Part shown: piece after piece, positions 25,629-35,933 of the stretch
How the letters are laid out: each line of letters begins with the position of its first letter
How positions within the stretch are numbered: the first letter of the stretch is position 1
Assembly: GCA_017962005.1 (NCBI GenBank)
Contig: JAGCWE010000131.1
Location: forward strand, 10,068-74,067
DNA from: Paludibacteraceae bacterium
Lineage (GTDB): Bacteria > Bacteroidota > Bacteroidia > Bacteroidales > Paludibacteraceae
DNA: 64,000 nucleotides
Direction: 5' to 3'
Notes under the pieces: generated by a model
The model's database searches: none
What the model saw: only the letters and a program-made list of their open reading frames with translations
Told to the model about the DNA's origin: nothing
Made by a program: the position numbers and the translations under genes

Positions 25629-28267
25629 CCCAATCCGCAGAGAGAACGGAAGTCGCAGTAGTGGCAGCGGGTGGTGTCGGACTTGTCATAGAAGGAGGCA
25701 TCCCTTCCCCTGCTTGTGTCCCACGGCGACTCGAAGGGACGGTCGGGATTGAACATCTCGTCTCTGAGGAATGCCTCGAACCGCGCCTCGAAGGTTTCGC
25801 ACACATCGTTGTAAGACAGGATGGTGTCCAGTGCGCCATCGGCGTTGACGTAGCGCACGCGGGGCTGATAGTCCGGTTCCCTGCCGCTGAGCGGGAAGCA
25901 GAGGGCGGGCAGAATGGTCCTGCCCGGGTATTTCCGCTGCAGGACATAGGCATAGAGAAGGAGCTGCACCTGATAGTGCGCGGCCGGCTTGTAGCAGTCG
26001 ATGCTGCATAGTTCGTCGAGCGAGGCATAGGCGGTTTTCCCGGTTTTCTCCTTGCTGCCAGTCTTGTAGTCCATAATGCGCAGGGTGCCGGAGTCAAGCA
26101 GATGGTCGATACGGTCGATGTATCCCCCGATGCTTAGCGGCTGTCCGTTGACGGAGAGGGTGGTGTAGCAGCGCTCTTCGAGGGCGAAAACCGTGAAGGG
26201 CGTGACCGCCTTGTCCAGTTCGATGAGGCGTGCCATCATCTCGCCGAGGACGCTCCGTATGACCAGCAGGAAGCCCGGGTCGGACTTCAACTGCGGGTTC
26301 TTGCTGTAGATGACCTCCTCAAACGCCTTGTCCATCGCGCGCTCCGCTTCGCCGGACGCCTTGGCTTGGTCGAGGACCTGCGCGGTGACTGGCGTCTGTT
26401 TCTCCATATAGGGGCGGTAGAAACATTCCGCCGCCTTGTGGAAGAGCGTGCCAATCTGGTCCGACTGCAGGTCCGCGGTGAGCGTCTCTTCCTTCCGCAG
26501 TTCCCTGACGTGTGAATACCAGTAAGAGCGCGGGCAGTTGATATAGGTGTTGAGCGCGGACGGGGACAAGGGTCGCGCCATCATGGCCCGGACGGTCTCC
26601 TCCGTCTTGGGAACGGCTGTCCGCACCTTGCCCTCCGTCGGGGCGGCGGGTGATGTCAGCCGGTGGAAGGTGACGGGCCAGTCGGTTTCCGCGAGCAGCT
26701 GGCGGATGAACCGCGACTCCTCGGCTTCGCCGGAGGCGTTGTAAAGCGAATACACGATGTCTATATGTCGCGCGCGGCGGAATAGGCGGAAGAAATTGTT
26801 GGCATAGATGGCGACCTGCTTCTCCTCATCGGCAAGGTGGAAATGCTTGCGTATGATGTAGGGAATCATTGATTTGGCGCGCTCGTTCTTCGGCAGTACG
26901 CCTTCGTTGGCGGAGAGGATGAGCAGGTTGTCAAAGTCGAGCGAGCGCGTCTCCAGCACGCCCATCACCTGCAGTCCCTTTGCCGGTTCGCCGTGGAAGG
27001 CGATGGAGTGCGCCGCCAGCATACGTATGAGGATGCGCTGGACGAGCGGCAGGGACAGCCCCGTGATGCTGCCGAGCAGCCCGGTGCGGATGTTCTGCAG
27101 TAGTTTGTCGGTCTCGAAGAGCGCCTGCGCGAGCGCTTCGTCCATCAGATGGAAGAACCAAGGGGCGTTCCTGTCCGCCGGTCCCTCCTGCATCCGCTGG
27201 CGGACGGCCTGGATGACGTACTGCAGGTAGTCCTCCGCCGTGCCGTCGGGCGAGGTCCGGTTGAATTCCTCCCGCAAGGTGTTGATGAAGGGCAGCAGAG
27301 GCGTCTGCGCCAGCGGGTAGCCCATCGTGATGTTGGTTTCGACAGGCGGCAGGGACGAGATGACGGGCAGGAGCAGTCCCTCGTCCGCCAGCACTACGGC
27401 CGTGTGGGTGAGGCGGTCGGACGTGATGCGTCCGTTGCGCATGTTCGTGTCAATCCATGTGTGGACGTACTCCGCCTGCTGTATGTCGGTGGACGCCTGG
27501 ATGACGCTTATCTCGGGACGGTTGTCACCCTCCTCCTCATCATCGCTGATGAACAGGGACACATCGCGCAGCGCGTCCATCAGGGCTTTCTCGGTCTCGG
27601 TCAGCACCTTGAAGCCGACGAACACGTACGTGTATCCCTCTTTCGGCCGTACTTTCCCGCTTTCGATTACTTCCCGCTGCAACGCACCCTTGTATGCCAG
27701 CGGAAAGTCCTTCGCTGCGGCAAGCAGTTCGTTGAGGCGGTGGTAGACGGAAGGCATCTTGGTCCACAGGTCCATCCACCGGCGGAGCTGGTTCTTGGCG
27801 TGAGGCGTGCCCCCGAAGCGGTCCAGCACGGCTTCCGTCTTCGCATCTAACGTTTCGGGTAATAAACGGAAGTCGATTTCCTCAAGGTCCTTGGCGTTCT
27901 GGAACAGCCGGTCGGCATCGACCAGTTGCTGGTCAATCTCGTTGAAGTCGCGCACAAGAATCTCCCCCCATCCGTAGAAGTCGTCAAGGGGCATGGTAAA
28001 TGACAGGCGGGCATCGCAATACGCCTGATACGCCATGCAGACAGTCGTCACAGGGTCGGCAAGGCGTTTGTCGCTGTACGACTCGAAGAGTTCGTCGATG
28101 GTGGTGTACTGCGGCGCGAGGACAGGCCGGCCGCCGTGCGCCTTCGCGATGGCCCTGTTGAGGAAGAGTCCGATGCGTTTGTTGGGGAAAACAACAATGA
28201 CCCGGCGCATATCGTTGCCGAAAGCGTCCTTCAGGCGGTTGGCAACACGTGTGAGGAATGTCTGCAT
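25610..28267 (-). CDS. AddB-like PD-(D/E)XK nuclease subunit of a helicase-nuclease complex
   Basis: 885 aa. The C-terminal nuclease domain has an AddB-style Cys cluster (CPRSYWY ... RCHYCDFRSLCG). It lies 2 nt downstream of a UvrD/AddA-like helicase gene. Confidence 0.7.
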   Translation of the reverse strand: MQTFLTRVANRLKDAFGNDMRRVIVVFPNKRIGLFLNRAIAKAHGGRPVLAPQYTTIDELFESYSDKRLADPVTTVCMAYQAYCDARLSFTMPLDDFYGWGEILVRDFNEIDQQLVDADRLFQNAKDLEEIDFRLLPETLDAKTEAVLDRFGGTPHAKNQLRRWMDLWTKMPSVYHRLNELLAAAKDFPLAYKGALQREVIESGKVRPKEGYTYVFVGFKVLTETEKALMDALRDVSLFISDDEEEGDNRPEISVIQASTDIQQAEYVHTWIDTNMRNGRITSDRLTHTAVVLADEGLLLPVISSLPPVETNITMGYPLAQTPLLPFINTLREEFNRTSPDGTAEDYLQYVIQAVRQRMQEGPADRNAPWFFHLMDEALAQALFETDKLLQNIRTGLLGSITGLSLPLVQRILIRMLAAHSIAFHGEPAKGLQVMGVLETRSLDFDNLLILSANEGVLPKNERAKSMIPYIIRKHFHLADEEKQVAIYANNFFRLFRRARHIDIVYSLYNASGEAEESRFIRQLLAETDWPVTFHRLTSPAAPTEGKVRTAVPKTEETVRAMMARPLSPSALNTYINCPRSYWYSHVRELRKEETLTADLQSDQIGTLFHKAAECFYRPYMEKQTPVTAQVLDQAKASGEAERAMDKAFEEVIYSKNPQLKSDPGFLLVIRSVLGEMMARLIELDKAVTPFTVFALEERCYTTLSVNGQPLSIGGYIDRIDHLLDSGTLRIMDYKTGSKEKTGKTAYASLDELCSIDCYKPAAHYQVQLLLYAYVLQRKYPGRTILPALCFPLSGREPDYQPRVRYVNADGALDTILSYNDVCETFEARFEAFLRDEMFNPDRPFESPWDTSRGRDASFYDKSDTTRCHYCDFRSLCGLGKPKEF

Positions 28268-28269
28268 AT

Positions 28270-31200
28270 CTAATTGAGGCTTTTGACGTTAATGACTCGG
28301 TTGTCGCGCAGGAACCACAACCATCCTTCCGCGGGAACCTGGTAGAAACGCTGTATCATGCCGATATAGCCGGTGAGCTGGTCGAAGTACTGCCGGCGCT
28401 GGAGGGCGTGCCGTTCGTCGTCGAGCATAAGATGCCGGTAGAAAGAGAACTTGTAATCAATGACTAAGGCACGGTCACCGAAGAACGCCACGCGGTCGGG
28501 GCGGACGGTCTCCACGCCGTCGGGAGTGGTGACGATGAAGGTGGCTTCGGCAAGAATGCGGGCTGCAGGCGAGAAGGCTTCGCGGAGGATGTCGCTGGTC
28601 TGTGCCTCCTGTACGAACTGCCGGAACGCCTGTTCGTGCCGCTCGTCCAGTTCATGAGTCAGCCGGTACAGGTCAACGGATTGCCGCACGTGCTCAGGGG
28701 ACAGCGTGGCGAGGTTCTCGAACAGGGCGTGATAGATGAGTCCGTCGTCAATGAACGACTTCTGCTCCTGTATGTCGGCCGTGTCCGCCTGAATGTCACG
28801 GAAGAGCCGCAAGGCACGGTTGCTGTTGACGATTTCGACGGGAAGGGTCCGCGTGTCAGGGAACATCGGCGTTATGATCGGATTCTGTCCGGCGTTCTTC
28901 GTGATGTCCAGCCGACTGACGGCCGTTTCTTTTTCCGCTTTGGCTGCTGTCTGTTCCGGCTGCGCACATTCACCGGTGAAAACGATGACGTCCTCCGTCA
29001 GCTCCTCCCTTCCGAGTCCGCTGATGCTGCCAAGGGCCTTCAGGAGAGGTGTCCCGATAGAGTCCGTGTCGGTTGTCTTGGGACTCATCGAGTAGGCGCA
29101 CCAGCAGCAGTAGGCCTGCTTGGCTCTTGTGAAAGCGACATAGACGGTGTTGATGGCATCCATGAAACGCAGTCGGACCTCTTCGCTGTAGGGCGCTGAC
29201 CAAAGGGACTGGGACGTGCGGCTCTTGAGCGAGGTGACCGACAGGACGGACACGGACTGCAGGTCCTGGCAGATGCCGTAGCCGCCCGTGTCCTGCGCCA
29301 CCGTCCGCGTGTCCCAAAGCAGCGTTGTCTTGTACTCCTTGTTCATCGTGCTGTTGAACAGCGGCACAAAGACATAATCGAACGCCAAACCCTTCGACTT
29401 GTGGATGGTCATCAAGGTGACGGAGTCCTTTTCGGGCGTCTTGTTCACCTTCACCTTGCTCATTGTCTCATCCCAGAAGGCGAGAAGGGCGGTCAGGCCG
29501 GACGTGGTGCTGGTGTTTGCCGTCAGCCATGCCTTGAGGCAGGAGAGGTACTTCTCTATGAACTCGTCCTCGTGCATGCGAGTCAGGCCGAAATGCCGAA
29601 TCAGCCGGTCGCTCATCTCGTACAGCGGATGACTGAGCCAATGTGTGCGGCTGTTTTCCAGTTCGTCCAACGCCTCCTGACCCAGCCGGTCCTCGATATA
29701 CTGTCTTTCGACGCTGTGCTGACGCGTGTCCATGTCCTCCGCGGCGATGTACTTGAGCATGGCCACCAACAGCTGCAGGGTAGGCGAGGACGCCAGTTGG
29801 TAAGAATCCTCCGTCTCGACGGACAGGTTCTTCAGGTCTTCGTCCTGCTGCATCCATTCCAACACCCGGTCGCCATCGTCCCTGGTGCGTACCAGTATGG
29901 CGATGGATGCGGACTCATTGTTTGCCGCCAGCCCTTGGCGGACGGCCTTGAACTGCCCGCAGAAGTCCTGTCTGAGGCGTTCCTCTTCCGCCTCTTTGGC
30001 CTCGCCTGTCTTTCTGGGATAGAGGTAGAACCGCACGTTGCCGCCCTCCTTCTTCACGTTCTGGCGCACTTCCTCTTTATCGTATACGGGCGACAGGTAG
30101 TCCGTTCCGTAGCCGTTGGCATCCAGTATGCGGTCCATCTCCTGTGCCAGCAGGGGAAAGAGCTCGTTGTTGGTCTGTACAACGGCACGTGTGCTGCGGA
30201 AATTGTCGCCGAGGGATACGGAACCGCAGTTGCCGGCGATGTCCGCAAGCAGTTTCCACTTGCCGTTGCGGAAGCGGTAGATGCTCTGCTTGATGTCGCC
30301 CACGATGACGCAGTGTTTGCCGTTGCTGTTCAACTCCTCCACCAGCGGCTGGAGGTTGTCCCACTGCATCTGCGAGGTGTCCTGGAACTCGTCGATGAGC
30401 AGGTGGTTGAGCTTGGGGCCGGTCTTGCTATAGACGAAGCCGCGCGCATCGCCTGCCAGCAGGTCGCGCAGGAAAAGGTTGGCATTGGAAAGGAGCATCT
30501 GCATGTTCTCCCTCTGGATGTCCTTCATATTGCTTTCGATGTTTGCCAACAGGGTGATAGTGTAGAGATTAGGAAGGACAATAGTAAGCGTGTTGAGCAG
30601 CGGGAGGCACTGCATATATGTGTTGTACAGGGCCGTGAAGTCATCGTAGACGGAATCGCCGCTGAGTTCCCCGTTGAGCACTTTCTGCACAGTCTGGTTG
30701 GGGCCGTCCCATTTCAGGCCGCGCATGTTGACTGCGGCGGTTACCAGCACAGAGACGGGTTTCTTTCCGCTGAGAGGGTATGCGGATGCTTTCTGAAGGA
30801 AGCCGTCGCAAGCCTCCTCAATGTGTCTGGCTATCTGTGCCTTCTTGGCATAGAGTGTCTTGCGCAGCGTGTCATAGCGGCCTCCACGGCTCTCTTCCTC
30901 AATGGCTTCGGCTTGGAACTTATACACCTCCTGTCCGAGTTTCTCCGCCTCGCTCTTCAGCTCCTTGCGTATGTCCCATACGCTCTTGTTGTCGTTGAGA
31001 CTGTCTTTGGCGAAATCCAAAATGGGATTCAGCACCGCCATGCTTTTCTGGTCATCGTGCAGGCTGTCAATCATCCGGTCCACACTCTGGTTGTGAATGT
31101 CCGTCTCATCGAGTAGGAGCTGCTGCTCGGCGGGCAGACCGAGTTCGTACAACACGCCCTGCAGGACGGACTGGAAGAACGAGTCGATGGTGGTGACGTT

Positions 31201-31590
31201 AAAGCGCGCGTAGTTCCTCAATATGGCGCTGAGTATCTCCCGCGCACATGTTTGCAGTTTGTTCTGTGCGCCCGGCGCCATAATGTCAATCGAGTCGTCC
31301 TTGAGACGTAGCAGCTCGCCCAGTTTGGTCTTAAAACCGATGAACGATTGGTCCTGCCTGCCCTGACCGAGATCGTACAGGTAGGACAGTATGCGGTCTT
31401 TCATCTCCTTAGTCGCCTTGACAGTGAAGGTCATGGCGACAATATTCTCAAAGGACCTGTAATTGTTGTATTTCCAAGCATCATAAAGTACGATGCTGAT
31501 GTATTGCGCGGCGAGGGTGAATGTTTTGCCGCTTCCGGCGGATGCCTTGTAAACGGTCATCGGCAGGAGTTCGCTGGCGGTTGTTTTCAT
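28270..31590 (-). CDS. AddA/RecB-like UvrD-family helicase with C-terminal PD-(D/E)XK nuclease domain
   Basis: Walker A reads ASAGSGKTFTL and helicase motifs include LIDEFQDTS. The C-terminal nuclease motif is ...VIDYKFS. Total length is 1106 aa. Confidence 0.75.
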   Translation of the reverse strand: MKTTASELLPMTVYKASAGSGKTFTLAAQYISIVLYDAWKYNNYRSFENIVAMTFTVKATKEMKDRILSYLYDLGQGRQDQSFIGFKTKLGELLRLKDDSIDIMAPGAQNKLQTCAREILSAILRNYARFNVTTIDSFFQSVLQGVLYELGLPAEQQLLLDETDIHNQSVDRMIDSLHDDQKSMAVLNPILDFAKDSLNDNKSVWDIRKELKSEAEKLGQEVYKFQAEAIEEESRGGRYDTLRKTLYAKKAQIARHIEEACDGFLQKASAYPLSGKKPVSVLVTAAVNMRGLKWDGPNQTVQKVLNGELSGDSVYDDFTALYNTYMQCLPLLNTLTIVLPNLYTITLLANIESNMKDIQRENMQMLLSNANLFLRDLLAGDARGFVYSKTGPKLNHLLIDEFQDTSQMQWDNLQPLVEELNSNGKHCVIVGDIKQSIYRFRNGKWKLLADIAGNCGSVSLGDNFRSTRAVVQTNNELFPLLAQEMDRILDANGYGTDYLSPVYDKEEVRQNVKKEGGNVRFYLYPRKTGEAKEAEEERLRQDFCGQFKAVRQGLAANNESASIAILVRTRDDGDRVLEWMQQDEDLKNLSVETEDSYQLASSPTLQLLVAMLKYIAAEDMDTRQHSVERQYIEDRLGQEALDELENSRTHWLSHPLYEMSDRLIRHFGLTRMHEDEFIEKYLSCLKAWLTANTSTTSGLTALLAFWDETMSKVKVNKTPEKDSVTLMTIHKSKGLAFDYVFVPLFNSTMNKEYKTTLLWDTRTVAQDTGGYGICQDLQSVSVLSVTSLKSRTSQSLWSAPYSEEVRLRFMDAINTVYVAFTRAKQAYCCWCAYSMSPKTTDTDSIGTPLLKALGSISGLGREELTEDVIVFTGECAQPEQTAAKAEKETAVSRLDITKNAGQNPIITPMFPDTRTLPVEIVNSNRALRLFRDIQADTADIQEQKSFIDDGLIYHALFENLATLSPEHVRQSVDLYRLTHELDERHEQAFRQFVQEAQTSDILREAFSPAARILAEATFIVTTPDGVETVRPDRVAFFGDRALVIDYKFSFYRHLMLDDERHALQRRQYFDQLTGYIGMIQRFYQVPAEGWLWFLRDNRVINVKSLN

Positions 31591-31602
31591 GGGTTGGCGT
31601 GT

Positions 31603-32415
31603 TTACAGGAGATTGGCGAGTGCGTCATAGTAACGCGGTGAGACAGGAATGGCTTTCAGGTTGGGAGTGGTCAGTTCGGCGGTGATGACTCCCTCCTTGT
31701 CCTTGCGGAGCACCTTGACGTGGACAGGGTTGATGTAGTAACTGCGCTGGCAGCGCACCAAACCGTGCTTGCGCATCAGTTCCTCCAAGGCAATCATTGA
31801 TGAACGGAGCGTGTATTCCTTCACTGTGTCGCCATCCTTGTATTTGACAATCACGTAGTTCTCTTTCGCCTCAATATACAGCACCGCAGCAGAGGCGATG
31901 ATGAGTCTGACCTGCTTCTGCTGGTCGCGGAAGCGCATCAGCGTGTCGTCTTCCACAGGCGCTTCCTCTTTCGCTGCGATGGCGTTCCATACAAGATACA
32001 GGATGGTGTAAGGATAAACCAACGTCAAGGTCAGGAAGCTCATACTGACACCCGCCAGTCCATAGTATGTGTACTGCCCCTTGTACATCAACGTCAGATA
32101 AAGCGATACAAAAAGGCTCATACCGACCAGTTCCGCCACATGCCACAGCCGCCAGCTCATACGTGACAGTGCGGAGTGACGACCGGTGACAGCCATCAGC
32201 ACACGCGACAGGGTCATCACACCCAGCAGGATGCAACTGATAATGGTCACATTGAACGAGAAGAGACCCTGCGGTGCCATATCAAGTAATTGCACGACCC
32301 GAAACGGACGGTATAAGGTGGTGAAAATGAGGAAAAACACCGGGATGCCCAAGATGTAATACAGCAGGCATCTGATACTGGTGAAGACAGCGGAAATGCG
32401 AGGTGATTCGGTCAT
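31603..32415 (-). CDS. Membrane-anchored LytTR-family DNA-binding protein
   Basis: About 4 predicted TM helices lie in the N-terminal 150 aa. The C-terminal LytTR-like domain reads LYIEAKENYVIVKYKDG...LRSSMIALEELM...VRCQRSYYINPVHV. Confidence 0.7.
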   Translation of the reverse strand: MTESPRISAVFTSIRCLLYYILGIPVFFLIFTTLYRPFRVVQLLDMAPQGLFSFNVTIISCILLGVMTLSRVLMAVTGRHSALSRMSWRLWHVAELVGMSLFVSLYLTLMYKGQYTYYGLAGVSMSFLTLTLVYPYTILYLVWNAIAAKEEAPVEDDTLMRFRDQQKQVRLIIASAAVLYIEAKENYVIVKYKDGDTVKEYTLRSSMIALEELMRKHGLVRCQRSYYINPVHVKVLRKDKEGVITAELTTPNLKAIPVSPRYYDALANLL

Positions 32416-32559
32416 ATTTTAGTCCCTGATTTTGATGTGACGAAATTCGCTATGTCCGTTTTTTCGTCACGATATTCTTATTTTTATCACTATATTTGCG
32501 ATTACAACAAAAACCGTGCCACTTAATCACGAACTTTTTTTGATACGTATTGACAGGTG

Positions 32560-32567
32560 TACTTTTG
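32560..32567 (+). promoter_or_regulatory. -7 promoter box TACTTTTG
   Basis: It lies 39 nt upstream of the ATG at 32606. This argues against the GTG start at 32516 given in the ORF track. Confidence 0.55.
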
Positions 32568-32605
32568 CGCCGCAAATCATAAACGAAACAAAAATTTTCA
32601 TTGTT

Positions 32606-33307
32606 ATGTTGGCAGGATTTGGAGATTCAATTATGAAAGGGGTGATGCTTCGCAGTGCCATTAAGGAGGGACATCCCGAGTATGAACTGAGCAAGCGGTC
32701 CATCATTGACCGGTGTGGCGAACTGTTGGGTGAGTCCGTGTCCAATTTTGCGCGGTTCGGTTGTACAGCTCCGATGGGAGAGAGACTGGTGGAACGTTAT
32801 GAATCGCGTCTTAGTGAAGGCGAGACGGTACTCATCGGATACGGAGGCAACGACAGCGATTATGACTGGGAGGCGATTGCAGACCACCCCGGGGATACTC
32901 ATCTTCCGCGCACGCGGATGGAGGATTTTGTGGCCGCCTATCACCGTATCATCAACCGCATACGCAACGCGGGTGCAATACCCGTCATGCTGTCTATGCC
33001 TCCTATGGATGCTGACCGCTATTTCCGTTTCTTCACCCGCAATATGAGCGACTGGCACAAGAAGAACATACTCACTTGGTTGGGTGGCAATACCGCTCTC
33101 ATTGTTTCCGGACACAAACAATACGACATGGCACTCTACAATATTGCGCAGGAGGAGCAGGTCCGCATTCTGGATATAAAGTCCGGTTTCCTTTCGGAGT
33201 GCGCGTATGATTCGTATCTTTGTGACGATGGCATTCATCCGAATGAGGCGGGACAGGCGCGTATGTCCTCGTTTATAGTCAGCCAGTTGCGTCCTGTTGC
33301 GGCGTAA
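32606..33307 (+). CDS. SGNH/GDSL-family hydrolase
   Basis: It has an N-terminal GDS block (MLAGFGDSIMKG) and a C-terminal DGIHPN block. Confidence 0.75.
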   Translation: MLAGFGDSIMKGVMLRSAIKEGHPEYELSKRSIIDRCGELLGESVSNFARFGCTAPMGERLVERYESRLSEGETVLIGYGGNDSDYDWEAIADHPGDTHLPRTRMEDFVAAYHRIINRIRNAGAIPVMLSMPPMDADRYFRFFTRNMSDWHKKNILTWLGGNTALIVSGHKQYDMALYNIAQEEQVRILDIKSGFLSECAYDSYLCDDGIHPNEAGQARMSSFIVSQLRPVAA

Positions 33308-33330
33308 TCTGTTTATACTGTTCCGTTTTT

Positions 33331-34419
33331 TCAGCTCTGTCGGATGGCATCGAAAGTGCCGTCCGACAAGTGTGTTTGAAAGACCTTTCCGGCAGGCACT
33401 TCGCTTACGGACCGGAGAGGATGATCGTTGTAAGTGGCTAATGAGTAACCCATACTGTAGATGCGCTCCGGGGAACATGCTGTGAGACGTTGTCGGAGCA
33501 TCTCAATGCGGTGACGGCGGACGAGAATCTGTATCTCCGCTGTTTTCTGCAGGCGGAGACGGAGTCGTTGCAGCCTTTCGGCTTGCTGCTGAAGCCGTTC
33601 TACGAGGAAACCAGCCACTGCGGTAGGCGTCTTCAGAGGCATGAACACCACTTGGTCGACAACACTCACATCGCGTGTGTGACCGATGCCGGACAGGATA
33701 GGCAGCCGGCATCGCGCGCATGCTGCCGCCAGTGGATAAGAGTCGAAACAGCCGAGGTCGGTGGTCGCTCCACCGCCGCGTATGAGAATGACGGCATCGA
33801 ACTGTTCCTTGTATGAACCAATGGTTTGCAGCGCGTCAATAATGGATGCTTCAGCCCGCTCGCCTTGCATTATCGCAGGGAACAATTGCACGCGGAAGGC
33901 AAAGCCCGCTTGGTTGAGTTCGTCCGTGAAGTCGCCATAACCGGCAGCCTGTTCCGAGGATATGACAGCTAACCGAAGGGGTAGTGTGGGTAGTGCGAGC
34001 TCCTTCTGCAGTTCCATCAATCCTTCCTGTTGCAGCCGTCGGAGTGTCTCTTGCTTTTGGCGTGCCAAGTCGCCCACTGTGAACGTAGGGTCGATATTGA
34101 GTATGTTTAGACTGAGCGAATAGACGGGGTGAAAACTGACTTCCGCCTCCACGAGCACCTGCATTCCCGCCTGCAGATTCTGACCGGTCTCCTTCTCGAA
34201 GAACGCGGCGAGTATCGGGAAGAGGTTGCTCCAGCAGATGGCGCGCATCTTGGCGGCAAGTTGCCCGTTGGGGGCTTTCTCCACCAGTTCCATATAGCCG
34301 TGACCGTTCTTGCGGGTCAGGGAGGCAATCTCCGCGCGCACCCAGAACGTCTGCGAGGATAGGATGGCGAGCGACTGGTCGATACATGCGGTCAGTTGAG
34401 TGAGAGTGTAGGGTGTCAT
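33331..34419 (-). CDS. xseA: Exodeoxyribonuclease VII large subunit
   Basis: The N-terminal OB-fold region (FWVRAEIASLTRKNGHGYMELVE) and the catalytic region (ILIRGGGATTDL) fit XseA. I set the start at MTPYTLTQL (ATG at 34419), which overlaps the comEC stop as ATGA. Confidence 0.85.
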   Translation of the reverse strand: MTPYTLTQLTACIDQSLAILSSQTFWVRAEIASLTRKNGHGYMELVEKAPNGQLAAKMRAICWSNLFPILAAFFEKETGQNLQAGMQVLVEAEVSFHPVYSLSLNILNIDPTFTVGDLARQKQETLRRLQQEGLMELQKELALPTLPLRLAVISSEQAAGYGDFTDELNQAGFAFRVQLFPAIMQGERAEASIIDALQTIGSYKEQFDAVILIRGGGATTDLGCFDSYPLAAACARCRLPILSGIGHTRDVSVVDQVVFMPLKTPTAVAGFLVERLQQQAERLQRLRLRLQKTAEIQILVRRHRIEMLRQRLTACSPERIYSMGYSLATYNDHPLRSVSEVPAGKVFQTHLSDGTFDAIRQS

Positions 34420-35786
34420 TGGACTATGCGGTTTAGAAGTATGACAAAAAGAAATATGATCAGATACATACCTGCCATTGCAGGAAGTGAAAGTTCTGCA
34501 TATGTGACGGCGTGGGGGAGGCTTTCCACCCACCCGGCTGAGCGGTTCATCGCGTCCGCAATCCAGCTAGTAAAGGTTGCTAGGACTTTGTCAATCAGTG
34601 GCAACCATCCGAGCGTTAGCAGCAGCAACGCGCTGACCATCAACAGAAACGCCAACGGAACAACCATCAGATTGGTGACGAAGAAGAGGTTGCTTGTCTG
34701 TGAAAAATAGTGGAGCGTAAGGGGTAGAGTGAAAATCTGTGCCGCTATGGAAACGGTCAGCAGTCCGAGTATGTAACGGATAATATAGTGAAAGATGCTA
34801 TGTGGCGGGGCGGGAATAGGAAACAGGGCGCGTAACGTCGGATTAATCAGCAGGATGCTTGCCACAGCGGCGAAACTGAGTTGGAAACTAACGGAAAATA
34901 GGTCGCTGGGACGGAAGAAAAGAATGAGGAATGCGGTGACGAAAAGGGCGTTGAGGGTGAAGGGCTGCCGGTGCCAAATCTTGGCTATTTCGAGGAGGGC
35001 GACAAAAAGGACACTTCGCACCACGGACGGACTGCCGCCTGTTAGCATAGCGTAAGCGATAAGCAAGGCTACGATTAGTCCGCTTACGATGCGCTGATGC
35101 CAACGCGCCTCGTACAAAGGCGGGTACAATCCGAAGCAGGTGAAGAGAAAGAACAGCACGCAGTACAGAATACCCGTATGCAATCCGCTGACGGCCAGAA
35201 TGTGTGCCGCACCCGCTTTCTGAAAACTGCTTTTCAGTTGCGGGTCGAGGTCATCCTTATAGCCCAGCGTAAGTGCCGCCGTGGTGGCAAGCGCGTCGCC
35301 GGACAGACCGAGTTCCTTATATCTTTCGTATGCAGCGTATTGCCACATCAACGGGCGCAAACGGAGTGGGATGGAAACAGCCGTTCCTACTATCTGCCAG
35401 TCGCGGCTGCGGACAAAAGCCGTTCCGGCGATGCCGTTGAGACGTAAGTAGCGGCCGTAATCGAAGTTGCCCAACAGCCCTCCCTGCTTGAAATGCGCTC
35501 GGACAAGAAGCGTATCGCCCAAGTCGGGCAATGAGCGTGTGGAGTCCCTTTGCAGATAAAGGTACGCGTGACGGCGGTCTGGCACTAGTTCAACCTCCAC
35601 GCGCCATGAGCGGGGACAAGGTTTTGCATAGTCCTGCACAACAGCTCGATATACGTAGGGAATACTATCAAGCGGAGCGGGTGTGCCTAAAAAAACATTC
35701 CAATTTTGGCGGTCGGCACACAAGACAAGCACCACCAACGGCACTAACAGGAACAAGACAGGGAATTTGCGCAGCATTTCCGGCAT
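34416..35786 (-). CDS. comEC: ComEC/Rec2-family membrane protein (no metallo-beta-lactamase domain)
   Basis: It is polytopic with a competence-domain-like core (AGAAHILAVSGLHTGIL). I set the start at MPEMLRKFPVLFLLVPL (ATG at 35786) because the longer ORF-track version overlaps the SIMPL gene on the other strand. Confidence 0.7.
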   Translation of the reverse strand: MPEMLRKFPVLFLLVPLVVLVLCADRQNWNVFLGTPAPLDSIPYVYRAVVQDYAKPCPRSWRVEVELVPDRRHAYLYLQRDSTRSLPDLGDTLLVRAHFKQGGLLGNFDYGRYLRLNGIAGTAFVRSRDWQIVGTAVSIPLRLRPLMWQYAAYERYKELGLSGDALATTAALTLGYKDDLDPQLKSSFQKAGAAHILAVSGLHTGILYCVLFFLFTCFGLYPPLYEARWHQRIVSGLIVALLIAYAMLTGGSPSVVRSVLFVALLEIAKIWHRQPFTLNALFVTAFLILFFRPSDLFSVSFQLSFAAVASILLINPTLRALFPIPAPPHSIFHYIIRYILGLLTVSIAAQIFTLPLTLHYFSQTSNLFFVTNLMVVPLAFLLMVSALLLLTLGWLPLIDKVLATFTSWIADAMNRSAGWVESLPHAVTYAELSLPAMAGMYLIIFLFVILLNRIVQ

Positions 35787-35889
35787 AGATTCACCGACAA
35801 AAGTACGGCAATGCACCCGATTGCGCAAGCATACACCGTATCGCAGGAATAAATTTTGCGTACCATACGTTGTTTTCTGTATTTTATAG

Positions 35890-35897
35890 TACCTTTG
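35890..35897 (+). promoter_or_regulatory. -7 promoter box TACCTTTG
   Basis: It lies 37 nt upstream of the ATG at 35934. Confidence 0.55.
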
Positions 35898-35933
35898 CCC
35901 GCGATGTGTAACTTTAAACAAAATTACGTGAAT

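Noticed and set aside
25588-26097. ORFs of 169 aa and 107 aa overlapping the 3' part of the AddB-like gene on the same strand but in other frames.
   Set aside because: They are alternative-frame artefacts within a well-supported 885-aa gene and have a Pro/Arg/Ser/Ala-rich composition.
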